A stretch of DNA of 64,000 nt from Mustelus asterias. Taxonomy: Eukaryota. The DNA lies in contig NW_027590154.1 in the NCBI RefSeq assembly GCF_964213995.1, positions 372,001 to 436,000 on the forward strand, given 5' to 3'. The translations under genes were made by a program, and so were the position numbers. The notes beneath the pieces were generated by a model. That model searched no databases. It was not told the DNA's origin and saw nothing but the letters and a program-made list of their open reading frames with translations. This document shows, one piece after another, positions 36,040 to 46,955 of this stretch. Every line of letters begins with the position of its first letter. Position 1 is the stretch's first letter.

Positions 36040-36420
36040 ACAGGCAGACAGATGTGAAGTAGATTCTTAGACACATTCAGTAACACACAAAACAGATATA
36101 TGGTCACTCGACAGCTAGATAGATGATAGACCCAAGAACTGATGCATTAACACACGAAGAAGATATATGGTCACTCGACAGCTAGATTGATAGATTTCTA
36201 GACACAGGAACTGATGAATAAACAGGAAACAAATATATGGTCACTAGACAGTTAAATGGGTAGCTTCATAAACAGAGTTTGACTAACACACAAATAAGAT
36301 ATATGGACATTAGAAAGTTAGATAGACTGATAGCCACATCAACTATTGGACTAGCATGCAGAATGGATACATGGTCAATGGACAGAAATTAACTTACAGA
36401 TGATGAACAGACAGATCAGT
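36040..36420. repeat. Degenerate minisatellite, unit about 66-70 bp
   Basis: ATATATGGTCACT(C/A)GACAG recurs at about 36096, 36162, 36232 and 36299. Confidence 0.7.
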
Positions 36421-36489
36421 AGGAAGGCATAGTGTGATCAGCTCTGACAGACTTTTAGACATTAAGAGAGACTATGAAGAATGTAATTA

Positions 36490-36912
36490 CACTAGATAAA
36501 GTGCAGAGGAGGTTCACCAGGATGTTGCCTAGTCTAAAGCGTTTCAGCTATGAAGAGAACCGGGTAAGGCTGGGGTTGCTTTCCTTGAAGCAGATAAGGA
36601 GAGGGGTGACCTGATTGAGGTGTACAGAATTATGAGGGATATAGATATTGTGAATAGGAAGGGACATTTCCCCTTAAGTAGAGAAGTCAATAACAAGGTG
36701 ACATAAATTGAAGATACGGGGCAGCAGATTTAGAGGGGATTTGGGATCAAAACACTTCCACCCAGTGGGTGGTGGCAATCTGGAACGGGCCGCCTGAAAG
36801 GGTGGTACAGCCGGCAACCCCTCACAACATTTAGGAAGCATTCAGATGAGCACTTGAAACGCCGTAGCATTCAAGGCTATGGACCAACTGCTGGGAAATG
36901 GGACTAGAATAG
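36490..36912 (+). mobile_element. Older CR1 3' fragment
   Basis: VQRRFTRMLP similarity. Confidence 0.8.
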
Positions 36913-37048
36913 GTACGTGTTTGATTATCCTCAAACACAATTATTGCCTGCAGTCTGGAATGTCCCCTTTCAGTATACAGTGGATCGCGGCAGGCGGCAG
37001 TGTCGGCCAAGGATTTGAGTCGCCTCCACTTTCCTAACGACAATGCCC

Positions 37049-37359
37049 NNNNNNNNNNNNNNNNNNNNNNNNNNNNNNNNNNNNNNNNNNNNNNNNNNNN
37101 NNNNNNNNNNNNNNNNNNNNNNNNNNNNNNNNNNNNNNNNNNNNNNNNNNNNNNNNNNNNNNNNNNNNNNNNNNNNNNNNNNNNNNNNNNNNNNNNNNNN
37201 NNNNNNNNNNNNNNNNNNNNNNNNNNNNNNNNNNNNNNNNNNNNNNNNNNNNNNNNNNNNNNNNNNNNNNNNNNNNNNNNNNNNNNNNNNNNNNNNNNNN
37301 NNNNNNNNNNNNNNNNNNNNNNNNNNNNNNNNNNNNNNNNNNNNNNNNNNNNNNNNNNN
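37049..37359. other. Assembly gap (311 N)
   Basis: Run of N. Confidence 1.
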
Positions 37360-39552
37360 TCAATTACTTGTTACTATTATCATGATAATTGATGTCACTA
37401 CCCGCGACAACCGCACAGTTGAATATGAAGGGGCTTTCAGTCCTTTTTTCAATGTGGAGGGTAAACAGGGGATTTAACAGACTTGGATAGGATTGGAATT
37501 ACTCAATGCTGTGACAGTTTGAAGCAGACAGTCACTGTGTGTTCACCAGAAAGTGGAGCGTGTGCATTTCCAACAGAACATGGGGACAACATATCTATCT
37601 GTGTCACTAAGAGAAAATGCGAAGCTGGAGTGTCTGTATCAGAACAAGCCGTATTCTCTGGGATCACTTCCCATAATTTCTGCTTATTTGTTGTTTCAGA
37701 TTGATCTCGGAATCTGGGAATTTCTGCGTGTTTTCCCTGAGTATATCTCATAGGCCCCAAACGCTGGCAATCGTTTGGAAATGTGTACTTGATTCCATGT
37801 CTTTGCGGTAAACATCCCAGTCTCTCATGGTTAATACGCCACTGTTCTCCCCGAGTTTTATCATCTAGCCGGTGGCGTCCCTGCCTTTGAAGTATTTAAT
37901 TGGACAATCGGGAGAGAGTTTTACTCTGCTTCCCAACATTGCAGCGATCTTTGCAGTGTTAGGTGGGACAGTGTAAAGGAAGATTTATTCTTCCACATAC
38001 TGCGCTGTATCGGCCTCTGATGAAGCAGAGCCTTTGCTGTTGAGAATTGCTTGACACTCGAAGGTGACCGACCAGTTCATGTGTCAAATCACCGAGGTTC
38101 TCCTCGCTGTTCAATCGTTCTGTCTCTGGAGTTTATCATCAAAAAGGCAGACGTGAATGTGTCTTTACACAGATGATTCACTGGGTGGCACAGTGACTCG
38201 TTCACTGAACAGCCTTGAGTTCAGCCACGTCCCAGACAGGACTGGGGAAAAATACCTTTCTGGGAAAAGGGGGTAACCGTGTAATCGGAAAATGGAGCTG
38301 TGTCGATGGGCTTTGGCGAAAGGAGTTAAGAAAAGTCAGAATTGGTTGATTTTTCATTCAAGATTTATTTTAAATTTTCAGAGAACGTTGAATAGAAGAG
38401 TTTATTTTAAAGTTGACAAAAGTGCACATAAGGATTTAGCTTCATATTTCGAATAGAACACATCTGCTCCGAGCTGTCCAATATATGTACAGCTGTTACA
38501 GACACAAGAATGATTAAAGGGAGCTAAACATATCTGGAAATGAACAATTGTGAATAAGAAAGGAGAAAAATGTGTACATGAAATTTAAACTACAGGGAAA
38601 CTATCAACTATAGTTTGCATTACAACAAAAAGAAATCCCTCGTACATTTCATATTGAAAACTGAAATACCGAACACGCTTGTCTTAGTTACAGGTGCAGA
38701 ATGATAAGCTGAGATAATATACTGTTTGAGTCACCGAGGGAAATCTACAGCGTCCAAAATTCAACCCGTCACTTGATCTGTAAAAGAGAGGTACAACAAT
38801 GAAGCAGATGTTTATGATGCGGGACATTAATGTTAGAGTTTTTAATCACTGAAACATTTAGAGATTTTTCCAATCCCTTCTACCAGTTTGAAATGTGGGT
38901 GAATTGAATAATCTCACGTTCACCACAAAATGCTGTAGAAAATGCTCAGGAAGAACAGGACGATGAATGTGGAAGCGGTTGTCCAGATGTTGCTGTTGTC
39001 ATCCTCATTGCCTTCAATCCAGATGCGGTCTGTGGAATCCATGGGGGTCACTGCCGAGGAAAGAGAATTAGATTGTTTTATTTATCCAGCATATCTAAAT
39101 GTTACTTTGTATATTCTCCTTTCTCCTTCCTAAGCTATTAATTCATTCTCTCATTGAATTTTCATATATATCTACTATTGAGTTCGTGACACTCAGTAAC
39201 CGATCTCTGCAACTATTTTCATACATGTTCTTTCTTACATTCGTCGTACAGACTGTATGGGAAAATATGGCAATCTTTCTTCAGTATCAGTTCATTTTCG
39301 AATAATTTCATGCTACCTATTATTGGAGAATATCATGATGTGTTTCGAGGGAGGTTTCTGTTCTGTTTATTTGTAAACTGTGAATGTTTCTATTTAATAG
39401 GGACTTCGGAATCAGAGGAGCAAAGAACAAAGAAAATTACAGCACAGGAACAGGCCCTTCGGCCCTCCAAGCCTGCACCAACCATGCTGCCCGACTGAAC
39501 TTAAACCCCCGACCCTTCCGGGATTCCCATCCTATTCATAAAAAAGTTTTTT

Positions 39553-39637
39553 AGGCTCGGCCAGGATACGAACCCAAGTTCTATCGCATCGAAATGCAAT
39601 TGTCCCAAGCGAGAATCATACCCCAGACCAACGAGCC
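39553..39637 (-). tRNA. tRNA-Pro-like pseudogene with a 14-nt insert after the anticodon
   Basis: GGCTCGTTGGTCTGGGGTATGATTCTCGCTT-GGG-A[CAATTGCATTTCGA]TGCGATAGAACTTGGGTTCGTATCCTGGCCGAGCCT, followed by a T-run. Several stem mismatches. Confidence 0.75.
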
Positions 39638-40014
39638 ACAAACATGGTAAGCTGTACGTCTGCTGTCTGTGTGACGCTTCACGGCGAGGTTTGATGGATA
39701 TTTGGTGTTAGCAATCTATTTCTCGGCTTGATTTTAAAATCCAGATTTGATTATAGAGGAATACAGAACTGATTTGTAGCAGAAGGGACGATTTAATTGA
39801 CGCATTGACTATGTGATGGACCTGTCGGCCTAATTGATTCTGCAGTTTGTTTTCTCAGCCTCTCCTGGGAACAGTTGGGTGACAGTTGATCCGAGGTTAA
39901 CATGGTTTCCTGTCAGCGCATGTTTGAGCGGCTGACAGCGCCGCTGCTCATTGTGGCTGCATCTGCCAGAAGTTCTATACAGCAGCGAGGAGCTCTGACT
40001 TATCCTGCTGAGAC

Positions 40015-40053
40015 AGTTTTTGTACAGGAGTCAGACTGCTTTCCATCACTGTG
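40015..40053 (-). other. 23-RSS
   Basis: CACAGTG, 23 bp, ACAAAAACT on the minus strand. Confidence 0.95.
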
Positions 40054-40512
40054 AGGCTGAAAGCGCAGTAATACACGGCCGCGTCAGACAACTGCAGATC
40101 CGAGATAGTCAAACTGATGGATTTCTTCGAGGTCTGGAGGTCAGTCGAGAAACGGATTTTAGCAAAATCTGCTTTATATTCAGTACCCCACGAGAGCTTT
40201 CTCAGTATGTACTCGGGCTGGGAGTCTGGCTGCTGTCGGTACCAGTATAAAATATAGCTGGTTTCTGCAGTATCATAGTTGCAGTTTAATGTCACCGCGT
40301 CTCCTTCTGTCTTAACATCTGAGGACAGCGACTGAGTGACAGAATCTCCATGGCTCAGACCTGGAAAATATGTTCGAATAGATAAAGAAAAGAGTGACGA
40401 GTACTCAACAGTAAGATTCAACCCAAGTTTTGGAAATGAGTAAACAAACGTGATGTCCAGATATACCTGTTACAAATGCCCCCCACACAATCCAGATGCC
40501 GAGTACCCGCAT
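40054..40512 (-). CDS. Intact TCR alpha/delta V gene segment (leader 40512-40467, V exon 40360-40054)
   Basis: MRVLGIWIVWGAFVTG/LSHGDSVTQSLSSDVKTEGDAVTLNCNY...LYWYRQ...DLQLSDAAVYYCAFS, with canonical Cys-Trp-Cys, GT-AG intron and a good RSS. Confidence 0.95.
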
Positions 40513-42053
40513 TGTCTCTGTCCGCTCTGTAAAGGAGGAATCGGATATTTGAAGACACCCAGTCTCAGAATGCTCACGCGTCAGTTCCGTGTCTCGCCAG
40601 TGGCACCGTGAGATTGGTAATTGCTCAGATGACTGTTAGTGAATGGAAGCTCTCCAACTTGTCCTCCATTCGGTGTCCCTGTTGGGCGAATTGTTCCGCT
40701 TTGGAAACGGGATGTCAAGAAAAAAAAACTTCATTTTGTTATTGGAACGGAGGAGCAAGGAGTATTGATTGATTTGGTGGATTTCCAATCAATGTTCTGT
40801 GCACATTCTCTTAGCTTTCGCATCCGAGCATTAGTGCCTGAGACTCCAGTGAGAGTCCAGAGAACGGTGGAGGCTGAGGGCCACAGAATAATTTTAAAGC
40901 TGAGTGAAACCAACATTTTAACTAAAATTTATGCCACGGTTCAAGAAGATCAAGGCAGCAAAGTGGATTTAAACGGAAGATCAGATGAACTGTAATCTGA
41001 CTGAATGGTAGAGCAGATTTGCAGGCAGCCTAATTTTTGTGTTCGAATGTTCAGATATCAGTGGATGGGCTGTGAGATACTTTGCAATCTTCGTTGTTTT
41101 ACTAAAGGAACAGGGAAGTCGATCAGTGAGCTCTAGTTGCCTGTTTATTGTTCCTGAGATAATGTAAAAAGTGTACTGTGGATGTTGTACTGAAACTTGA
41201 CCGTGCCTGAAATTAGTAGGATTAGGATATCAAATTGTTATAGTGCAGCTAATTATGACATTGCCTTTTCTTCAAAGGTCCACTCAGGGACAACAAGATG
41301 CACTTGGTAGTTGTGGCCCCATCTCATATAATATACTCGGAAGTGTCAACTTCAAGAACTTCCGCTTTTTTAACTTAATCATTGTCAACATGGAGTCACT
41401 GGAAAAGTAATTCATGGACCCAGAATGATGCTTTGGGAAAAGTAGTTCAATCCCATCATATCAACTGGTTACATTTAAATTCGATTTACGAGAAAAGTAG
41501 TCAAAATTCTACCCCAGCAGCTGGTTAAATTTAAATGTGATTAATTGATATTGAAAGCTACTCGCAATGATCGTTCCGAACGCGATCACTGCAAATCCAC
41601 CTGGTTCACTAATGCACTTTGTGGAAGGAAATCTGCCTTCCTAGCCTAGCCTGGTCTGTGTGTGACTACAGAACAACTGTAGTCACATAACTAACTCTCA
41701 AATAGCCCAGCCCGTTTCAAGGACAATTAGTGATCGACAAAATCTTGGACTTGTGACCGACACCCAATCAATATTTTTCTTTAAAAAGAGTAGTCATCAT
41801 TTGATTAATAGTAATACCTAAATTACAGCAGTCAGGAGAACAGCATATTCTTTACTTTTAATTGGGAAGGAAACGCTAAGTGAAAAAGTGATATATTGAC
41901 GAGCAGAGGTCCTTCTCCCGAATCAGTAACGTTGCAGCTCAGGAAATATTCTCCTGGAGTGGAAATACAGATTCACGCCCCCACAACGCTCATAGATCCA
42001 CCCGCATTTCTGATACAACCAGTGCCAAACAAGTAAATCAACAGAAATCTCTT

Positions 42054-42354
42054 CATAGAATCCCGACAGTGCCGAAGGAGGCCATTCAGCCCATTAAGCT
42101 TGCACCGACAACAGTCACACCAAGGCCCTATCCCCGTAACCCCACGTGTTAATCTCCTAACTCCACTAACACTAAGGGACAATTTAGCATGACTATTCCA
42201 CCTAACCTGCACATTTTTGGACTGTGGGAGGAAACGCACGCAGAGACGGGGAGAAGGTGAAAACCCCACACAGACAGTTACCCAAGGCCGGAATTGAACC
42301 TGGGCCCCCTTTGCTATGAAGCAGGAATGCCAGCCATTGTGCCACCGTGTCGCC
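42054..42354 (-). mobile_element. HE1/V-SINE
   Basis: tRNA head, V core and CR1-like tail. Confidence 0.85.
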
Positions 42355-42489
42355 TATTTACTAATACGGGATACATGAAGTGAGAGCAGAACAATGGGAC
42401 TGCGTGGTTACTGCCAATGGCAGCGATGTGCGAATGGTGCCAGAGGTTTTGTCGCCATCATTTCAAGTTGGGAGAAATATGTGACGACT

Positions 42490-42503
42490 GCGCCCTCTGG
42501 CGG
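42490..42503 (-). promoter_or_regulatory. Candidate CTCF site
   Basis: Minus strand CCGCCAGAGGGCGC, next to a TGACTCA motif. Confidence 0.6.
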
Positions 42504-42835
42504 TGACTCAGGTTACGTGACGCTGTCCGCAAGTGCAAGGTTGTCGATGGGCCGTCTCCAGCGGGCTTTTACTGAGGGACGTGTTTTCAAACAATGCAAC
42601 TATATAAATAGACGTGAGTGAAATATGAGTAACTTGAAAGAACAATGCATTCAGGGTCATTTCTGAATCTCTTCCTTTCTCTCTTTCTCACAGCTTTTGA
42701 CTTTGTATTTCGCACTCGTAATGTCTCACTTTCCTTCAATTCTCCTTTCATACTTTTCTGATTTGTTGCCCTCTGCCCGTAATCTTAAACCGAAAACCAA
42801 TTCCAGGATTTTGACGCAAGGGAGCGGCGTTACGT

Positions 42836-43159
42836 AGAGCACAGTGATTAGCACTGCTGCTTCACAGCTCGATTCCCAGCTCGGGTCACTGTCTGTGTGG
42901 AGTTTGCACATTCTCCTCGTGTCTGCGTGGGTTTCCTCCGGGTGCTCCGGTTTCCTCCCACAGTCCAAAGATGTGCGGGTTAGGTTGATTGGCCATGCTA
43001 AAAATTGCCCCTTAGTGTCCTGAGATACGTAGGTTAGAGGGATTAGCGGGTAAAATTAGCAGGGAAATGGGGTTGGGCTTTGGTGCGATTGTGGTCGGTG
43101 CAGACTCGATGGGCCAACTGGCCTCTTTCTGCACTGTAGCGTTTCTATGATTCTATGAT
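42836..43159 (+). mobile_element. HE1/V-SINE
   Basis: GTCTGTGTGGAGTTTGCACATTCTC core and (TTCTATGA)n tail. Confidence 0.88.
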
Positions 43160-43829
43160 ATGGTTCAAAATGAGGATGGTGTGCGGCTTGAAGGGGTGTT
43201 CTCATGCAGCTGTTCCTCTTATCCTTCTAGATGGAAGAGATTCCGGGTTCGCAAGGTGCTGTCGAAGCAGGCTTGACGGATTAATATAATCACAATGTAA
43301 AGTACATGCATCAACTTCTAGTGTAGGATTGTGATTTTGTTGGTTAACAAATAAGGAACTGTGGACGCCGTTATTTTTAAGCAGATTTGTTTATTGATGA
43401 GAAACGTTGTGCAAACATTGTTGCCCAGTCTGCCCAGAGACATTGGAATGCAATGATTTATAGAGTCCACTCTCCAGGCCTCTTGTGCCATCCACCTCCT
43501 GCTCTTCCAGTTACCATGCCCTAAAAGGGCATTGGTGACCATGAATGTCCTTATCATTCTGTGACTGTTTATTTCAAATTATTCCAGCGGATTGCCATTG
43601 ACCTCTGCAGTATTGTTGACCAGGCATCTGTTCCGTTCCCATCACCTGCCATCAGGAATACTGAAAGGATTTACACAGCACACAACCCCAGAATAGAGGG
43701 ACGACACTATAGAACCGATTTGACTTTAATGTCTCTTTCCCGGGTGACTGTTTGCGTGCCAGGCAACCATCTTATGTGCACCCATCTGTATATGGGTACA
43801 CATAAGATGGGACTTAATAGACATTAAAC

Positions 43830-44420
43830 CCCCACCCCATCAACATCCTGGGAGTTGACAGAAAACTGGACCCAGGAATATAAATACAGTGGCTACCAGA
43901 GCTGATCAAAGGTTAGGAATCCTGCGGCGAGTAACTCACCTCCTGACTCCCCAAAGCCTGTCCACCATCTACAAGGTACAAGTCAGGTGTGAGATGGAAT
44001 ACCCTCTACTTGCTTGGATGAGTGTAGCTGCAACCACACTCAAGAGGCTCGACAGAATGCAGGACAAATCAGCCCGCTTGATTGCTACCCATTGCATGAA
44101 CATTCATTCCTGCCACCACAGACGAACAGTGACAGCCGTGTGCACCATCTGCAGGATACACTGCAGCAACTCACCAAGGTTTTTTTTTGGGCAGCCCAAT
44201 CCAAACACACGAGCACTGCCATCTAGGAGAAGAAGGGCAGCGGGCACATGGGAACACCACAACCTCGAGGTTCCCTTCCAAGTTATTCTACATCCCTACA
44301 TGGAAATATATCGTTGTTCCTTCACGGTCACTGGGTCAAATCACTGGAACTCCCTCACTAACAGCACAGTGTGTGTACCTGCACATCAGGGACCACAAGA
44401 AGGCAGTTCACCACCACACA
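43830..44420 (+). mobile_element. Non-LTR retrotransposon 3' fragment (CR1/L2-group)
   Basis: QRLGILRRV..LLTPQSLSTIYK..VR..MEY C-terminal ORF2 peptide. Confidence 0.75.
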
Positions 44421-44883
44421 ATACACCAATGTCAGCTGTGGGAATAGACTATCTTCGTGCTGCGAGGTGAGTCTCTGTGTCCCGGATTTATAATAATAGT
44501 TGTGTTGCTAAGTGAGTCTGTGTGGAGGTTATTCTACATCTCATTTGTTATGAACTTCAGCAGACTTTGATCCATTCTGCATTGAGTTATCGGACGAATG
44601 CCGAGGAGTCGGTGTCCGTGGGCTCATCTGAGTTAACAATTCTGGATGAACAGCCGGTAATTTTCTGCTATATTACCTCCACTTCTGAGCGGATCCTTCA
44701 GCTGATAGCTCGATACTCCTGGTATCTGCTTACTATATAAATCGCGGCATGGGGTTTAGTCTCGAGATTTACCAAAGTGTTTCTATGATGATTTGAACAA
44801 GGTCAAATTGTCTGGTAAATAGAATCGCCGCCTTCGTGAACATGTGATCAAAACATCTTCATGGAGTTGTAAATACTCGCTGA

Positions 44884-45409
44884 GGTTTTTGTACGGGGTT
44901 TCAGCTGTAATCTAATGCTGTGTCTCACTGCACAGTAATAGACCGCCCGTCCTCCAAACTGAGGGCGCTTATATTGAGGGAGCCGCTCTGTGTGGACTTG
45001 TCAGTAGCCGCCAGATATCGTCCTGAAACTTCATTTTCCTCCACTACGAGTGCATTGGTAATAATCCATCTCGGTGGCTGTGCCGGTTTCTGCTGATACC
45101 ATTGCATGTAGCTCATCTCCTTGTCTGTATAGTTACAATCCAACTGCACCGAATCCCCTTCTGATGCTGTTATTGTCACCGGTGACTGAGTTACTGGATC
45201 TGCGCACAGTCCACCTGTAAAGGTAGAGGAATTAAATATCAAGAGTTCATGTAAATTTATAGTTTTTGGAACCTCCCATCTACACCTCACATGGATATTT
45301 TTGATGGTTAATTAAATTGGCATCTTTGTGTATAAATATGTTTCCGTGGTTTGATGAACGTTATCCGGTACTTACTGTGCAAGAGCGCCGCCAGAATGAT
45401 CAGAAACAT
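44884..45409 (-). pseudogene. TCR alpha-like V segment with a 1-nt frameshift just before YYC (leader 45409-45376, V exon 45214-44923, 23-RSS 44922-44884)
   Basis: MFLIILAALLHS/GLCADPVTQSP...VQLDCNY...MQWYQQ...LSLED, then a shifted frame AVYYCAVR. RSS CACAGCA, 23 bp, ACAAAAACC. Confidence 0.9.
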
Positions 45410-45679
45410 GTCCGACTGGATTTATTTCAGTGAATGAGAATGGAGGAGTCAGAGAGTGAGAAAGAGAGCGGGAACCCAGACTCTGCTCCGTTGATTGCAG
45501 TGTGTGTGAGTGAGTGTCAGTTTATCTGTGTGGGTGTAATTGTGGGGAGGGGAAGTGGAGTCTATTGTGACCTCAGCAGCCTACCATCCATACAGGCTCC
45601 AGTGATAATGTCACGTGAGATTGTAGCACCGCCCCTCCCCCCAACATCCCTCCCCATTCCAAAACCGGGCTTGAAATTG

Positions 45680-45693
45680 GCGCCCTCTGCTGA
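45680..45693 (-). promoter_or_regulatory. Candidate CTCF site
   Basis: Minus strand TCAGCAGAGGGCGC, about 270 bp upstream of the V leader. Confidence 0.55.
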
Positions 45694-45894
45694 CAAATGT
45701 TGTTTAATGCAAGTTCGCATTTGGCTGTTGAGTCGATTTCAAGGGTTTACTCCAACACATACCAAGGCACAAATGCTGCCCAGGAATCCGAATTGGTGCT
45801 CTGTAGAAAGTCCTTGTTACGTTTCCTACTTACATCGTAAAATGATGCGGGCATCATTCCTGGAATTCTCTGTTCAAATCCCGGGTACACCGAA

Positions 45895-46260
45895 GTCCAG
45901 AGCATACCAAGACTTTGGGAAAAGTGCGGTGCTGGGGGAGATATTTCCGTGTAAGTCAGAGAGACGAGGATCCAAGGGCACAGCCTCAGAGTAAAGGGAC
46001 GATCCTTTAAAGTAGAGATGAGGAGGAATTTCTTCAGCCAGTGGGTGGTGAATCGATGGAATTCATTGCCACAGAAGGGTGTGGAGGTCAGGTCATTGAG
46101 TAGATATGTTTTTGATTTGTAAGGGGATCAAAGTTTCCGGGAAAAGGCGGGAGAATGGGGATGAGAAACTTAGCAGCCACAATTGAATGGCGGAGCAGAC
46201 TTGATGGGTCGAATGGTCTAATGCTATTCCTATATCTTATCGTCTTAAAGGCTTATGGTT
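45895..46260 (+). mobile_element. CR1 3' fragment
   Basis: EMRRNFFSQ..VN.WNSLP similarity. Confidence 0.8.
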
Positions 46261-46435
46261 ATAAATCAGAATAGTGCCAGGGATCAACAGACTAATTTGG
46301 TTTATTTTGCTTACAAACAAGAAGGTACAAAGGCGACTCAGTTGATATGTTTAGAATTTTCCTCTTTTCAGAGAGTAAAATTTAATATTATAAATTTAAT
46401 ATATGCCGCGATTTATATAATTGTATAATTTAATA

Positions 46436-46512
46436 TTGTAAAGTCACCGCTTCTCCTTCTGTCTTTACTGCTGAGGACAGCGGCCGAGTGACAGAATCTC
46501 AGTGACCCATAT
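46436..46512 (-). pseudogene. V-segment relic (FR1 only), paralogue of the V at 40054-40360
   Basis: ttttcccag then DMGH*DSVTRPLSSAVKTEGEAVTL, with an in-frame stop. The rest is missing. Confidence 0.75.
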
Positions 46513-46773
46513 CTGGGAAAAGGTTGTCTTTGGAGGAGGTGGACTCATAAGAAAATATTCACGTTCATTCAGTTTGGCACTCGACATTCTTTGTGTAGTG
46601 TAGCGGGTAACATCTGTATTTTATACACGACAGCGCCCAGTTCCAAACAGTCGAGTTAGCAAAATACTAACATGCTTCGTTTGTTCAACAATTTCGGGCT
46701 TTTACCAAGGATTTCTGAGCTGCTTTGGATACAAGCAAACCAGTTATATTTCGGTGAAAGCGCCGGTTGCGTA

Positions 46774-46816
46774 GGCTCATTGGTCTAGGGGCATGATTCT
46801 CGCTTTGGGCATTTGA
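46774..46816 (+). tRNA. 5' half of a tRNA-Pro(TGG) pseudogene
   Basis: GGCTCATTGGTCTAGGGGCATGATTCTCGCTTTGGG, truncated next to CR1 sequence. Confidence 0.65.
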
Positions 46817-46955
46817 GGTGAAACTGTGTGAGAGGTTGACTGGGACAGCCATCGTATTAGAGGGTTGGATGGAGCGAAATTTGTTGAGTGTATTCAGGAG
46901 GAATTTCTCATTCCCGACGAGAGGGGGCAAAACTTTACTTCCTCTTGGGAAATAA

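Noticed and set aside
37000-37477. ORFs spanning poly-X
   Set aside because: Artefacts of the N gap.
37553-37753. Possible V relic (HGD..., LSVSLRENAKLECLY, FPEYI)
   Set aside because: No WYRQ, no YYC and no RSS, and the motif spacing is wrong. Too weak to call.
45870-45886. GTTCAAATCCCGG as the missing 3' half of the tRNA-Pro at 46774
   Set aside because: It lies upstream of the 5' half and only 13 nt match.
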